DNA of 64,000 bases from Pseudogymnoascus verrucosus (Eukaryota). How positions within the stretch are numbered: the first letter of the stretch is position 1; every line of letters starts with the position of its first letter. The stretch lies in the NCBI GenBank assembly GCA_001662655.1, contig KV460220.1; one strand, written 5' to 3'. The notes beneath the pieces are model-generated. The model saw only the letters and a program-made list of their open reading frames with translations, was not told the DNA's origin and made no database searches. The position numbers were made by a program, and so were the translations under genes. Shown here piece by piece: positions 1 to 12,337 of this stretch.

Positions 1-293
1 CTCTGTACGAGATGTAGAGGATATCCTTTAGAGTGCTAAGGTTAACGCTTAAGTCCGTACAGAGGTAGCAAGTGAGAGTAGTCGGCAGGTAGGCTCTAAG
101 GGCCAACAGAAGCGCTGTGGCCGATGTGAGAAAATAGGACATAATGCCCGTACGTGCGAGAGGCGCCAGGAATCAATTACGATTGAATAAGGGTTATTAT
201 ATAGGGTGGTGGTGTAGTAGTAGGCAGTAATAGTCAATTTTAGTGTTTTGGTGATCGCTTCGCTTGTGTGATCGCTTCGCTTGTGAAATACCT
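1..293 (+). mobile_element. Right end of a degenerate Fot1/pogo-type (Tc1/mariner superfamily) DNA transposon: transposase C-terminus plus terminal inverted repeat
   Basis: Frame from nt 2 reads SVRDVEDIL*SAKVNA*VRTE...KRCGRCEKIGHNARTCERRQESITIE* (stop 188-190), with the C-x2-C-x4-H-x4-C knuckle typical of Fot1-like transposase C-termini. TIR-like end 251-293 has two 17-bp direct repeats (GTGATCGCTTCGCTTGT), ends GAAATACCT and is followed by TA (target site). Confidence 0.85.
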
Positions 294-776
294 TATATAT
301 TGATGGTAAATTAAATATTTTGTTTATATATTCGACCTGGTAAAAATGTTTAGATCATCAATTCAATAACAAACCACCGTAGGGAATACATTAGTCAATA
401 CACTACTACCACTCAAATATACTTTCCGAGTAATTGTTATATCTTCACTAGACCCCAAAGAAAATCCCGAAGAAATTATGAACATGTCAAGTTGAGATTC
501 TCATCAAATTTATCTACCACCAATCCGCCTACAAAGTCACCGCAACCAACTATCCCTCCAACAAACTCGCCATACCAAACCCATGCATACTCTGCAAAAG
601 AAAGCAAAGCCCAGCTCGCCCAACCCACAAAGACGCCAACCCGTTAAATCAGTAAAATCCAGCGATTAGGGGGTGTCATAAAAACTCAAAAACCTAACAA
701 AACACCTGGCAATAATGCATTGCGAGAAAAATAGAATAAAAAAACACACAATCGTGCAGGAGAGATCCCACCACGT

Positions 777-1865
777 CTAGAGCTCCTCCATCGTGCCGGC
801 TGCTTCGTCGTTGTCGTCGGAGCCGAAGGAGGCGACAGAGGACATGTCGTCATCGTCGTCGGACTCGGCGCCGTTGTCGTCGATGGCTTCGCGAGTGGCG
901 TATTTGGAGACGTATTCTGGGTGTGTTAATAGCTTGTCCACACTGCGACTTGCGCCGCGACGAATATATTGGTGTGATATAGTGGAAAAGCGCAGCGTAC
1001 CTTTGACCTTCGCCTCATACGTCTTCGGCTCGCGCATAAGCAACGACGCAGCCTCACCATTCAACGGATCCGTAGGATTCGGGTAACGCAAGAGCTGCGG
1101 CAGGAAGACCTCGAAGATATTGATCATATCGAACATGGGCGACCAGGTCTGGTTTATGACGTCGAGGCAGACAGAGCCGGATCTATTTGCCGCCATCAGT
1201 TTTGGCCCAGTAACGACGATTACGGGGGGTGTACTGACAGCTCGTCGATATTGGGGTGGAATATCCTGTTCACGAAGCCGATGCTTGGGCTCTTGTAGGG
1301 GTATTGGTCGGGTAGCTCGACGTGGATCTTCCAGAGTCCGCCTTGGAATGGGGCTGTAGGTTGGTGTCAGGATGTTGTCTCGGGCGAATGGAGGGATTGC
1401 ATGGGTAGAACTCACTTTCTTCGGGTCCCTTGAAGCGGACATAGAATTCTTGCCTGTGCCTTGTAAGTCGAGTATTCTGAGTTGGAAAGTCATGGATGGT
1501 TGCGCGTACACTATAAATTGTCAGCGATGTCGGTTGAGAGGGGCGGCGGTGCCAATGCGGGGTAGTAGATAAAGACTCACTGTTGTCATTGACAAGAGTA
1601 ACCTCATAGTCGCTCATAAGCCTATCACCAAGCGTCAGTATTATCAAGGGGCATGTCGATTCACAGAGCAGGTTCGTACATCCTGCGAGTATGTTAGCAG
1701 GTGTGCATAAGTGAGTGTCGCTTGGACAGTCGTAGCGAAGGCGGTGGGACAGAGGAGGCGCATTTACTTCATAACCTTATCATACAAAGTCAGCAAGGGA
1801 CACAACGATAGTACTTGATCATGCCAACTCACATCAGTCTCTATCCTCCTCCTGGGGCTGCTCAT
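777..1865 (-). CDS. UBC8: Ubiquitin-conjugating enzyme E2 (Ubc8/UBE2H orthologue), 9 exons, 186 aa
   Basis: Exons 1865-1833, 1775-1768, 1682-1680, 1621-1581, 1510, 1453-1416, 1353-1239, 1182-1001, 916-777 (561 nt) give [44 protein letters not shown]...[24 protein letters not shown]...; HPN motif, catalytic Cys, acidic tail; all introns GT-AG. Confidence 0.95.
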
Positions 1866-2958
1866 CTTGGCGTTTGCTCTTCGGCCGCACCGCCACCCAC
1901 AGCTGGTCCTGGTCTTGTCCTGAGTTTACGGCCTTGGGGGATATATGTTCTAGCTATTCGACTCCTTCCTTGGGCCAGGCAGTATATTGCTCGTCTCCTC
2001 CGTATAGTTTAGATTCTTCGTCGCTTTGATCGCAGTGCAGTGGCGGAGTTGTTATGCGCTCAAAGGATGATTTCGATCTGGACCGGGTGGAAGGCGAATT
2101 TCTGGTGAATCACTGACGGACTGCTGAGTGAGACCCTGCTTTGAAGGGTACACGCTAGATTCTCGAGGTACGATGCGATAAAGTCGAAATAGGGCTACGA
2201 AGCTGGGAATATGCTGAAGTTTAAGTATGCCAGTATGCAGTAGTATGTAGTATGAAGGTATGAAGGGGTCTGAAGTCTGAAAGATGAGGGGATGGTCAGG
2301 TTACGTATGGAAACCCAGGTACCGTGTCACTGGCTGTGAAAGCCCATGTCTCGTCACTTCACCAGACAGATCGGGTATGGCTTGGCGCATTTTGAGGCAC
2401 GAGATCTGGTTCGTTGGTGGGGCATTGGTGGGGGTTCGTTGAGTTGAGTTCACCAAAAGGAAAGTCGTAGTGTATGTACCTCCGTACCCTTGTAAGCGGC
2501 GGTGTTCTCCATCCCACCACATCCCACCCTATCCCACCAACAACGTCCACAGCAGGATGTGGCGTGCAACATAGAAATAACTGTGTAAATTGGTTATAAC
2601 ATTATGATAATTGATATATTTGAATACTCTACAATATGAATAGATCAGAGCAAACCATAACACTTCACATAAACCACATAGCAGAGTAAAACTGTTTACT
2701 GATCAGGAATTAATTTCATAAGCCGCCGGTTCGGACATACCATACCCCAGCCTCGGTAAACTGGGGACTTGTCCGAAATAATCTCTCCCTCTCCACGCCG
2801 ACCCAGATGTGCGCTGCATTCTCTATCACGACCTTCACTTTTTCAGACATGAAAAGGCAACACTCTTCCGCCTGAACAATGGCAGCCTCTGACTCAGATC
2901 CTCTTCCTTCCATCACCGCATTTCCCACAAGCAATCCCCACAACGCCAGCCCCAACCA

Positions 2959-4064
2959 ATGTCTCGAACCACCATCCTGAGCTCGCGTGCTCTCACTTCT
3001 CTCTCCTCTCTATCATCCGGAGTCTGCAGACCAGCTTCATTTGCCGCTCGTCCGCTGCTCTCGCAATTACAATGTCGGAATAGCTCGCATTCGCCCATGG
3101 GCGCCGCGGTGGCGTCACACAGAAAGAAAGTCACAATAAATACACTGCGCTCAATGCGCAAGAAGGGGGAACCCATAGCCATGATCACGGCGCATGACTT
3201 CCCCAGTGGACACGTTGCCGACCATGCTGGCATGGACATGGTCCTCGTTGGCGACAGTCTTGCCATGGTAGCCCTGGGAATGGAAGACACCAGCGAGATA
3301 GTGTTAGAGGACATGCTCCTCCACTGCAAGTCCGTCGCACGGGCTACCAAGACAGCATTCACAGTAAGTTCAAAAAGCAACCAAACACAAAACAAAATGT
3401 ACACCGCTAATACCCTCTTTTCCAGATCGGCGACCTCCCTATGGGCTGCTATGAAATCTCCCCCGAACAAGCCCTCGCCAGCGCCATCCGCGTCATCAAA
3501 GAAGGCCGCATGCAAGCAATCAAGCTCGAGGGCGGCCTGGAAATGGTGCCCACAATCCAGAAGATCACCGCCGCCGGCATCCCGGTCCTCGGCCACATCG
3601 GCCTAACCCCCCAGCGCCAGAATGCCCTGGGCGGATTCAGAGTCCAGGGTAAGACTGCTGCCAGCGCAGTCAAGGTCCTGCACGATGCTCTTGCCATCCA
3701 GAAAGCGGGGTGCTTTGCTGTCGTTGTGGAAGCTGTACCAGCGGAGGTCGCGGCGTTAATCACGGAGCGGCTCGATATCCCTACCATTGGTATTGGCGCA
3801 GGCAGTGGCTGCTCTGGTCAGGTGCTGGTGCAGGTCGATATGGCGGGGAACTTCCCGCCAGGCCGCTTCCTGCCAAAGTTCGTGAAGCAGTATGGAGATG
3901 TTTGGGGCGAGACCAAGCGGGCGATAGAGTCGTATAGAGATGAGGTGAAGAGCAGGGCGTACCCGGCGCAAGAGCACACATACCCGATCTCCAAGGATGA
4001 GCTCGAGCAGTTTGAACGGGTTCTGGCTAATACTAGCAAGTCCAGCTTTGGTGGGCCGGAATAG
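2959..4064 (+). CDS. panB: 3-methyl-2-oxobutanoate hydroxymethyltransferase (ketopantoate hydroxymethyltransferase) with mitochondrial presequence
   Basis: Motifs ITAHD, LVGDSLAM, GDLPMG, IKLEGG, GHIGLTPQ, PTIGIGAG, PKFVKQY; one intron 3364-3425. Confidence 0.95.
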
Positions 4065-4226
4065 AGCGGCCGGAAGTAGATGGGGTGGTGATAGTTAGCA
4101 GGCGGTTGGCTTTTTGATTTTGGCGGGTTTTTGAATATCTCGTTTTCGTAGCAAGCGGTCGAGTGAAGCATACATAGCGTCACCATATCTTGAATATAGC
4201 TATATTACCCTTATAATCCTGATTTC

Positions 4227-4796
4227 TCAACCAAAAGCCGGTGTCATCGAGTAGGAAACAATAAGCTGGTCATCCGTTTGATTCCGAAAGCACTGATATC
4301 CCATTAGCCCCATGCAGTCCCGAGTTCGTTTGCTTCAAGTAGCCACAAGCTGCTCCGAGATAATGAACTCACCCTATGCAGGTTCCCAACAATCTCATCC
4401 AACGAAGGCGCAAACGTATTATTCACATACAAAAACACACTATCCTGCGGCCCACACTTCACTACCCGCCTAAGATACGCAACTACAGCCTCAAAGCGCT
4501 GCGTCGCATTGATGCGGCAGACCGGCTGCTTGAGGATAGGCGCGGACCCGATGGCCTTGAAGCGCACCGTTACTGCGGGACTGTAAGAATGCGGAGCAGA
4601 CTATAGGCGGGGTTAACAAACCTTTTGGTTTGTCGAAAGCTCCAGCGTCTTTTAGTGCCGCGGTTGCGTCGCGGGGGAGAGAGGTAAGGACGACCGAGGC
4701 GGTCATGGTGAGGGGCAGGTCGGCCTCATGGTCGTCGTCGGGGATGGGTGTGGCTTGCGAAGGGGAGGAGCGGATGGGGAGACTTGACTCGGACAT
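4227..4796 (-). CDS. ATG12: Ubiquitin-like autophagy protein Atg12
   Basis: Exons 4796-4622, 4572-4373, 4292-4227: ...KVTVRFKAIGSAPILKQ...SVFLYVNNTFAPSLDE...LIVSYSMTPAFG* with C-terminal Gly. Confidence 0.95.
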
Positions 4797-5110
4797 TTTG
4801 AGATATGCTGGAACCGATAGTTTCGAGTCTTTGTAAGGGCCTTTGTGAGTTGTAGACGCGGTATGTGTCGTCGTGGTGGTTGGTTGGTAGCTGGGAAGCT
4901 GTGGATGGTGGAGAGTCGTCGAGGACGAGGCTCGCGAGGCTGAGGTTCGATGTTTATGTCGGATGCCTTGGGAGCGAACTTCACACTGAGACCAGGTTTC
5001 ACATTTTAGTTCCTTTGGTGATTGGATGGAACCTTTTGGATTCCTTCCTATGGAATACATATAAATATACATAATTATCCTCTCGGATAAGTTACACTAC
5101 TGGTACACTA

Positions 5111-6721
5111 TTAATCACGGAGTGCTTCGATATCCACCACCTCCTTGACAGCCTCCGTCGTTAATACAAGCGCGGTGTCCTTCTGGACACACACGCTATC
5201 TTCAATCCGTATTCCAATACCGCGGAAATGCGCGGGGAACCGATCATCATTCGGGACATATATTCCCGGCTCTATAGTGACGCACTGCCCCGTTTTCAAT
5301 ACACCGCTTCGTGGGAAACCAGGGCAGTCGTGCACATCAAGTCCGACGTAATGTCCAACGTGATGAGGGAAGAGGACCTCCATCGCGTTTCCACGGAGGT
5401 CAAATCCTATCTCTTCTAGTTGCTTTCGGAGGCCTTGTTCGGTAAGGCGGTGGATTTGGTCTAGCGACAGGTTCGCGTCTTCTCTGCAGAGAGCGACGCT
5501 GGACCTTTGTACGGTCAAGATCGCCTCGTAGAGGTCTTTCTGTGGCGAGGAGAACTTTCCGGAAACGGGCCATGTGCGGGTGATGTCCGTTATGTACCCG
5601 CCGTACTCCCCGCCAGCGTCTATCAAGACTAAATCGTTCTCGCCTAGAGCGTCATCGTTTCGAACGTAGTGTATGCTATTCGCATTTATGCCTCCTGCAA
5701 CAACGGGGACGTATGCGGAGCCATCACAGCCTTGTGCTTTGAACTGGTACTCCAGATATGCACAAAGGTCTTTCTCCTTTGTCCATTGTTGACGCATGGC
5801 GTTGGTATAAGCTCTTCCAGAGAGTTTGCCTGCCAGACGCATGTTTTTAATCTCAGCCTCACTTTTGAATACCCTTAGATCATTCAGAACGGGCCTAATG
5901 GGTCTCACATTGGCATCCTTGAGCAATCCAAAGAAGCTGTCTTCGGCCGTATTCTTGGCGGAGAAGAACTTTGAAAAGATCGACTTAGTGCTGGATGATT
6001 CCGCATATACCTGGCTGGCGCTAGCTATTAGAGGGGACAATAGCTTCGAAATATTTTTTATGTCTCCAGACTGGACGTATGTGAGTTGCTGGGACTGGTA
6101 ATCAGACGGATGGATGGTGTACCTTGTCCGCATTGAATACGTCTATTGCGGCCTGTTCCCCAGATCTGGCGCCTTCCCATTGCTCTGCCGCAGCATCCTT
6201 TGGTCGTAGGAAGAGGTGGAATATATAATCGTCATCCTTGCCTATCTTTTGTATGACAGCAACAGCCTCTGGCTCGTTGAATCCAGTCAAGTATAAGAAG
6301 TCGGATTCTTGGTGGAATTCGTAGAATACAGCGCCCGATCGGTATTTGAGGTCGGCGGATGGGAGAATGGCAATAGCATTTTCAGGAAGGCTTGCGGCCA
6401 GCTTCGCTCGTCTCTCGTGGTATTCTTGGGCGGATATGCCAGGCGTCACTGAAATAGTCAGTGAGAGTTTCGAGGAATGTCAAGAGGTCCTTTACATTCT
6501 CCAGCGGCGAGTATGTGAGGATGTGTCTCGTGCACAGGCTGGCCAAACTGGCATTCTGCAGCGGAAACAGAAGCGTAGCCTCTACGAGGCTGGAACTGGC
6601 CTCTTTGTGAAATGGTGAGCAATGGCGCCGTTCGTGCTGCAAGACATGATGCCGTCCTCGATGAAGTAGGACATAACGCTCCCCGGCTCAATTGCCGTAA
6701 TGCAGCAGTCCGTAACCTCAT
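5111..6721 (-). CDS. ICP55: Mitochondrial Xaa-Pro aminopeptidase / intermediate cleaving peptidase 55 (M24B)
   Basis: Presequence, GQPVHETHPH, AMP_N domain (QESDFLYLTGFNEP), metal-binding motifs DAGGEYGGYITDITRTWP, HHVGHYVGLDVHD, TIEPGIY, GIRIED; two introns (~6495-6450, ~6122-6071). Confidence 0.93.
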
Positions 6722-7248
6722 TGTCGCAGTCGCATATCATATATATGTATAGTATCTTGAGTTAACAACTATGTTGAATCGTTTATTCGAGCGCCGTTGG
6801 TTGCATAAAACATTTGTCCCAAGCACTGAAGCATAACTGAACTGCATTACCTGAACCATATTTCTGGTTTGGGTTTGGCTTTGCTTACTTATCCAAAATG
6901 GTTGCCACAGGTACATTGCGCCCACCAAAGCGCGTCTCTACTGGTGTTTATGGTTTCTAGGTTCGGATATAGGGTGGACCGTGCACCTTGCTTTCCTCTC
7001 TGTGTGTGGGAGTCCCATCAACAACCACCCAAACGCACTTCAATCCGAAGAGGCAACATTAATAATACGACGCTCATTGTTTGGCCTTCTCGTGGTAATT
7101 CGATTGTTTACCAGGCCTAGCATTACTTTACTCTCCAATGCCTTTGTAAAACCTACATCGAAGCAGGCACTTCCGACGTGTTCACGTCGCGTGAACACCC
7201 CCACTCCTTGGAGCTCGAGCTGCCTCGAGCTGTTGCACGTACATTCTT

Positions 7249-9449
7249 ATGGCAGCTGTATCTATACTCAAGTCGCCCCATACTATGTCCGGCATGTCGA
7301 CTAGGAGGGTGCCTCTTTCCAGCAACCCTAATGCCGCCAACTCACCATATCGAAGCGTGACGGCTGGAGCAGCAAAGCCCAAACGCTCGCATGCCACAGT
7401 CCAACGCGAGGAAGCCTATGGGCAACCACCTCCAGCTAAGAAACATATAGTGGAAGTTACCCACCGAGGCCTGAGGACTCCTCCGCGGCAGTCTCTGACC
7501 GAGTCAGCTGAAGGCCAGGTCTTCTCGCGAAGGGCACACGCCCAACCCACAGCGTTTGACCGCAAGCTGGAGGCGGTACGACGAAGGCCAGCCCAGCAAG
7601 CGGTGGCCAAGGCAGACAAAGCCTCAGAGGAAAACCTGGAGACTATAAGGCAGTGGCAGCGTCACTATAGAAAGGTTTTCCCCAAGTTTGTTTTCTACTT
7701 CGAGAGCATCTCGGAGGATGTTCGAGTCAGATATGCCAAACAAGTTACAGCTCTTGGTGCAGTAAGTTTCCCCATATCATTCGATCAACCGTATGGACAT
7801 TTGCTGATGCCTATCTAGCGAGAGGAGAAGTTCTTCTCAAACGCCGTTACTCATGTTGTCACAACAAGAACGATCCCCCCCGAACTGGCTGTTAGCCCGA
7901 CAGATACTGCTGGAGACTCCTCGGCAGCCGATGTAAACTCTAGGAGCAACCACCCACAAACAATCAACCCGTCACTTTTGGATCGGTCGTCCGAGCCAGC
8001 CGGAAATCACATTGATTCGCAACCTCTGAAATCGAGGTTTACATTCGAAGTGAATCCGAGGAAGTCGTCAGCTATCCATAATGATATCGATATCCGAAGG
8101 CAGCAGGGGAGGAATGCCGATGTTCTCCACCGTGCTAGAGAACTGGGCATGAAGATATGGGCGCTGGAGAAACTCCAGAGGATGATGACCACTATGTTCG
8201 ACACAGATACTGGATCGCAGGCTGCCCACGGCCACAATACCAGGAGCAACACAACCCAGGGTACTATCAGTGGAGTATCCCGGAGCACGCGTGAGGCCGA
8301 TCTCTCGGCATTACTGCGGAATGAGCGGATCCATGGCCCTTCGGACCGTGACCCTACGGTGGCGACAAAAGAAATGATTATGTTTAAGGGGCTGTATATA
8401 TATGTCCATGATGTCGACGAGAAGCAAAAGCCTATTATGGTTCGGGAATACGCGAAGGTGTCGAATAAAGAGCAGGGTGACTGGCCGCAGTTTAGGAGCG
8501 TTGCCAATGGGAAATGCCCATTCGTACCGGAGGTCGATGGTAGCCGCCGAGAGGCCGAGAGAGACGCCGCCAGGCAACAGCGTCAGCAGGAGAAAGAGAG
8601 AAGTGCTGTGCCCAGAACCCGGGCAGCTGCTGCAGGCCAAGCGAGGATGCAGCCCCCGACAGCGAGCAGCAAGCGAGCTTTAATGGACGGCGAAAACACT
8701 GCTAACCGCAATACGATTTCAGCTCCTCTGAAGCAGCGAAACACATTCAGCCGAGCAACGGATCCATCTCAGTCACTGGATGACGAGCCTTCGTCGAAAG
8801 GACCACAGAATGCTTTTGTCAGCCGAGCAGGTGTTGGGAGACTCTTTGGTGGTGAACCGGTGGCATCTGGGCTGCAGCAGTCGAACATCACTTCTGCAAT
8901 TCGCTCCCAAATGATATCATCCACTGCAGCCGGACCGGGTGCCAAGGCAGGAACTAGCAAAGAGGTCTACGGGTTGCAGCGCAAGGTTTTGGAGCGAACT
9001 AGTGGCCCAACCTCGCTGGGCTTGGCCAGCTCGCACCGGATGACAGATCTCAATGTCGCCGCTAAGGACGACGCAGGAGCACGGATTCGCAAACGGAAGA
9101 ATCAAGAAAGCCTCGGTAACATTGAGGAAGATGGATGGAACAATGAACAGGAAAACACCGCTCGGCGTACAGACGAGAGCCGAACTGTCAAGGCTCTTCC
9201 GAAGAGGAAGGTTGTCAAAAGGGACCCTAAGCCGGGGTATTGCGAAAACTGCATGGATAAGTTTGATGACTTTGAAGAGGTACTATATCTTTGACATGCT
9301 TGGTCATTTTGCCGTTAACTAACATTCCCTAGCATTGTGTCACCCGCAAACATCGCCGCTTTGCTGAGAAGAGCGAAAACTGGACAGAGCTGGATGCTCT
9401 ACTGAGCCAACTGGGCCGACCTCTTAAGGAGGACCCCTATTACGCCTAA
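7249..9449 (+). CDS. DBF4: Cdc7 kinase regulatory subunit Dbf4/Dfp1/NimO
   Basis: N motif (WQRHYRKVFPKFVFYFES...LGAREEKFFS), KIWALEKL, M motif (IYVHDVDEKQKPIMVREY...WPQFRS), C-terminal zinc finger KPGYCENC..FEEH..TRKH; introns 7763-7818 and 9280-9332. Start could be 7285. Confidence 0.9.
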
Positions 9450-10258
9450 TACGAGAGAGTGTTTATGAGGAACCCTTGGAGCATTTTATCTTTATCAAGA
9501 TGGATTTCTTGTAAGGGCATGTATGGGCGTTTCGGACTTCATTGTTTTTGTCAACACGGGGATCCATGTGTAAATTGTGTTGATCATCTTTTCGCTTCTT
9601 ATTTTGGCGTCGTCCTCGCATTTGAGCCTGCTCGCAGCGTTACCGGGCATCGGAGAGGTCATTGTGGGCTTTGCATTGGCATTTACAAGGCGTACTTCTC
9701 GCATTCATCATCAGGCCACATGCTTGTTGATAGCGAAGCTAGATCCTTTATACAAGAATCTGATATTCTATATTGTGTAGTGTAGTGTTCATCGCACGAT
9801 TACTGTAATCAGATACTATTTATGATCGTTTGACCATGGAGGGGTATAGAATGCCCCCTTGCCTATTACTCGTAGCCCCTAACTACATTGTGACTGACTG
9901 TCAGCTTACTCAAGTGGATCGTAGGTTATTTCAGCAAGGTCGAGCGTCATGTGCAGTACTGTCGACCGCTTGCATACGTTTAGCTCTAACCGAATATGAT
10001 GTCTTATGATTTGAGAATATTTGGATTTAATGTTGATTGATGGGTAAGGCTTGAGGCCTTGTTTGCTTGCCTTGGAGCCTGGACATGCAATGTTCCAAAT
10101 TAGGGTATGGCCAAGCACACCTCGTGGGTGGGTAGCGTTGTGTAAACCACATAAATGTCGTGACAGCCCGGAGAATTCCCCCCTTTCATTATTGTCTTAA
10201 CGTTTTACATCTTCGGCGGGAATTCATTGGGTTAACAAAATCTTCATTCATCGAAATC

Positions 10259-11231
10259 ATGTGGTGGTGGGGAAACAGCGTGAAGTTTGATCCAGACCAG
10301 GACATTGAGGATCTTGCTGAGAAGGTTATCTTGGTAACTGGTGGTATGCATGCCTTCCGTATAATTTGATGTTCATCCTTTTCTAACACTGATACTAGGC
10401 AACAATGGCCTGGGCAAAGAGACGGTGCTACGATTGGCAAAGCACAATCCCAAATGCATTTATTTGGGCACGCGATCCCTAGAGAGAGGAGAGGCAGCGC
10501 TCATCGATATCAAAACTGAAGCGCCAGATTCTAATATCAAACTACTTCAGATTGACATGGCCTCGTTCGCCTCCATTGAGGCGGCCGTAGCCGTGGTCAA
10601 GGCCGACTTTGAGAGACTCGATATCCTCATCAACAACGCCGGCATCTCAAACCTCCCCCCTGATGTCACCAAGGACGGCTACGAGCTACAATTCGGGACA
10701 AATCACATAGGTCACGCCCTTCTAACGAAGCTTCTCCTGCCCAGGATGCTTAAGACCGCAGAGTCAGCACCCACTGGCGCAGTACGCATAGTCAATATCA
10801 GCTCTGACGGGCATTACCATGCCACTGCGAAGGGGATAGACTTCGACGATTTCAACACTGGGAATAATTGGACGCGGTACGCCCGGTCCAAGCTAGCAAA
10901 CATTCTTCACGCGAAGGCGCTCGCGAAGCGGTATCCGAGCATCATCAGCGTCGCAATTAGTCCTGGCACTGTGCAGACTAGTATCTTTGAGAAGATGAAC
11001 AGTCCGGTCTTGAACGTCTTGATCGCGTTGTTTGGTTGGACTTCTCTGGTAACTATACCAGAGGGATGCAAGAACCAACTGTGGGCGGCGACAGCACCTG
11101 GAGTTGAGCCAGGGATTTATTATTGGCCTGTTGGTATTAAAAGTAGTGGGAGTAAGTTTGCGGGGGATGAGGCGCTTGAGGAGAAGTTGTGGGAGTGGAC
11201 GGAAGCGGAGCTGGTGAAGCATGGCTATTGA
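10259..11231 (+). CDS. Short-chain dehydrogenase/reductase (retinol dehydrogenase/WWOX-like)
   Basis: ILVTGG|NNGLG split by an intron (~10343-10398), LINNAG, FGTNHIGH, YARSKLAN catalytic YxxxK. Confidence 0.9.
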
Positions 11232-12337
11232 GTGTTTCTAAGGGTTTCTTTCCTTTCTGTTTTTACTTTAGAATCTTCGCTCATAGTTAACCTTATACCA
11301 CTGGCAAATATCTCTATAGCCCATGGTGGTGTTGTTCGACGGCTTCGAGCCCTTGTTGTGACTGGAGGACGAATATATGGTCTGTATGTTCTCCCGTACG
11401 CAGCCTCACTGTATCGCACAACTGAGAAATCCTACAAATAAACCTAGCATCTTAATCCAGGTAGTTCAGAATAACTAGGGGGTTCTGTTCTACATGTTTT
11501 GCACCTCTCTGCATTTGTCCACTGGCTGTAACTACAAAGGGGGTCGGGGAGTGCTTCATTGGCCCTGTAGGATCCTCCTCCATTCCAGTACTAGCCATAT
11601 TGTAATGTACTCATCGAATTCTCGAACGTACCTTGACGAGAGACTTACTCTCCGTAAAAGATATAATCGATGCGACGCTGTAATGATTAGAGCTGGCTAT
11701 TTTATAACCTCTGATACAAGGACGGCACAGCTAATAAGCGCCAGTAGAAGGGTGAAATGAGGCACCAGGAAGGGACAGGCTTGGCAATTCGTCATGGAAG
11801 GCCTCGATCCCTATGAAGAAATCGAGAATATATGCGGTATGAAACAGTGACGGATAAAACACCGAGGTCTCTTTAACATTTGTTTACGATTTGTTTGTAT
11901 GAGTTCAAACTGTTTGTACAGCGCCATGTACCACCGACTGCAAGGGACTGTGCCCGATATTCTATTGTTGTATAAGGCAGGGGTCTGTCAACAGAAGGAA
12001 GACGGACCAAACGGTCCTCTCGCTAAACAAGCCTGGGGGCATGGGTTTCCTCCAAACCATCATTAAGGCCACCCCCCCAGCGTTACTGATTGATGCTTCT
12101 TCCAACTTCCGGGACTGCGACATCTTTGTATAACTCGGCATAAGTTTCGCGAAGTGGTTGCTATCGAAAACCTGGAGTGACGGAACCCATGATCGACCCC
12201 AGCCCTCACGACGACCGCACCTTCATGTCCTCCAAATGAGCATCACCACCACCACCGCGACCTAACCAGCTTTCGGTGGTCTTTCGCCGAGCAACAAGAG
12301 AATCCCTGATTGACAAGTCGGATTTATCGGTATCTCT

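Noticed and set aside
4797..5072. In-frame N-terminal extension of ATG12
   Set aside because: It starts 39 nt from the ICP55 stop, in that gene's 3'UTR region; ATG 4796 has good context (AAAATG) and gives a normal-length protein.
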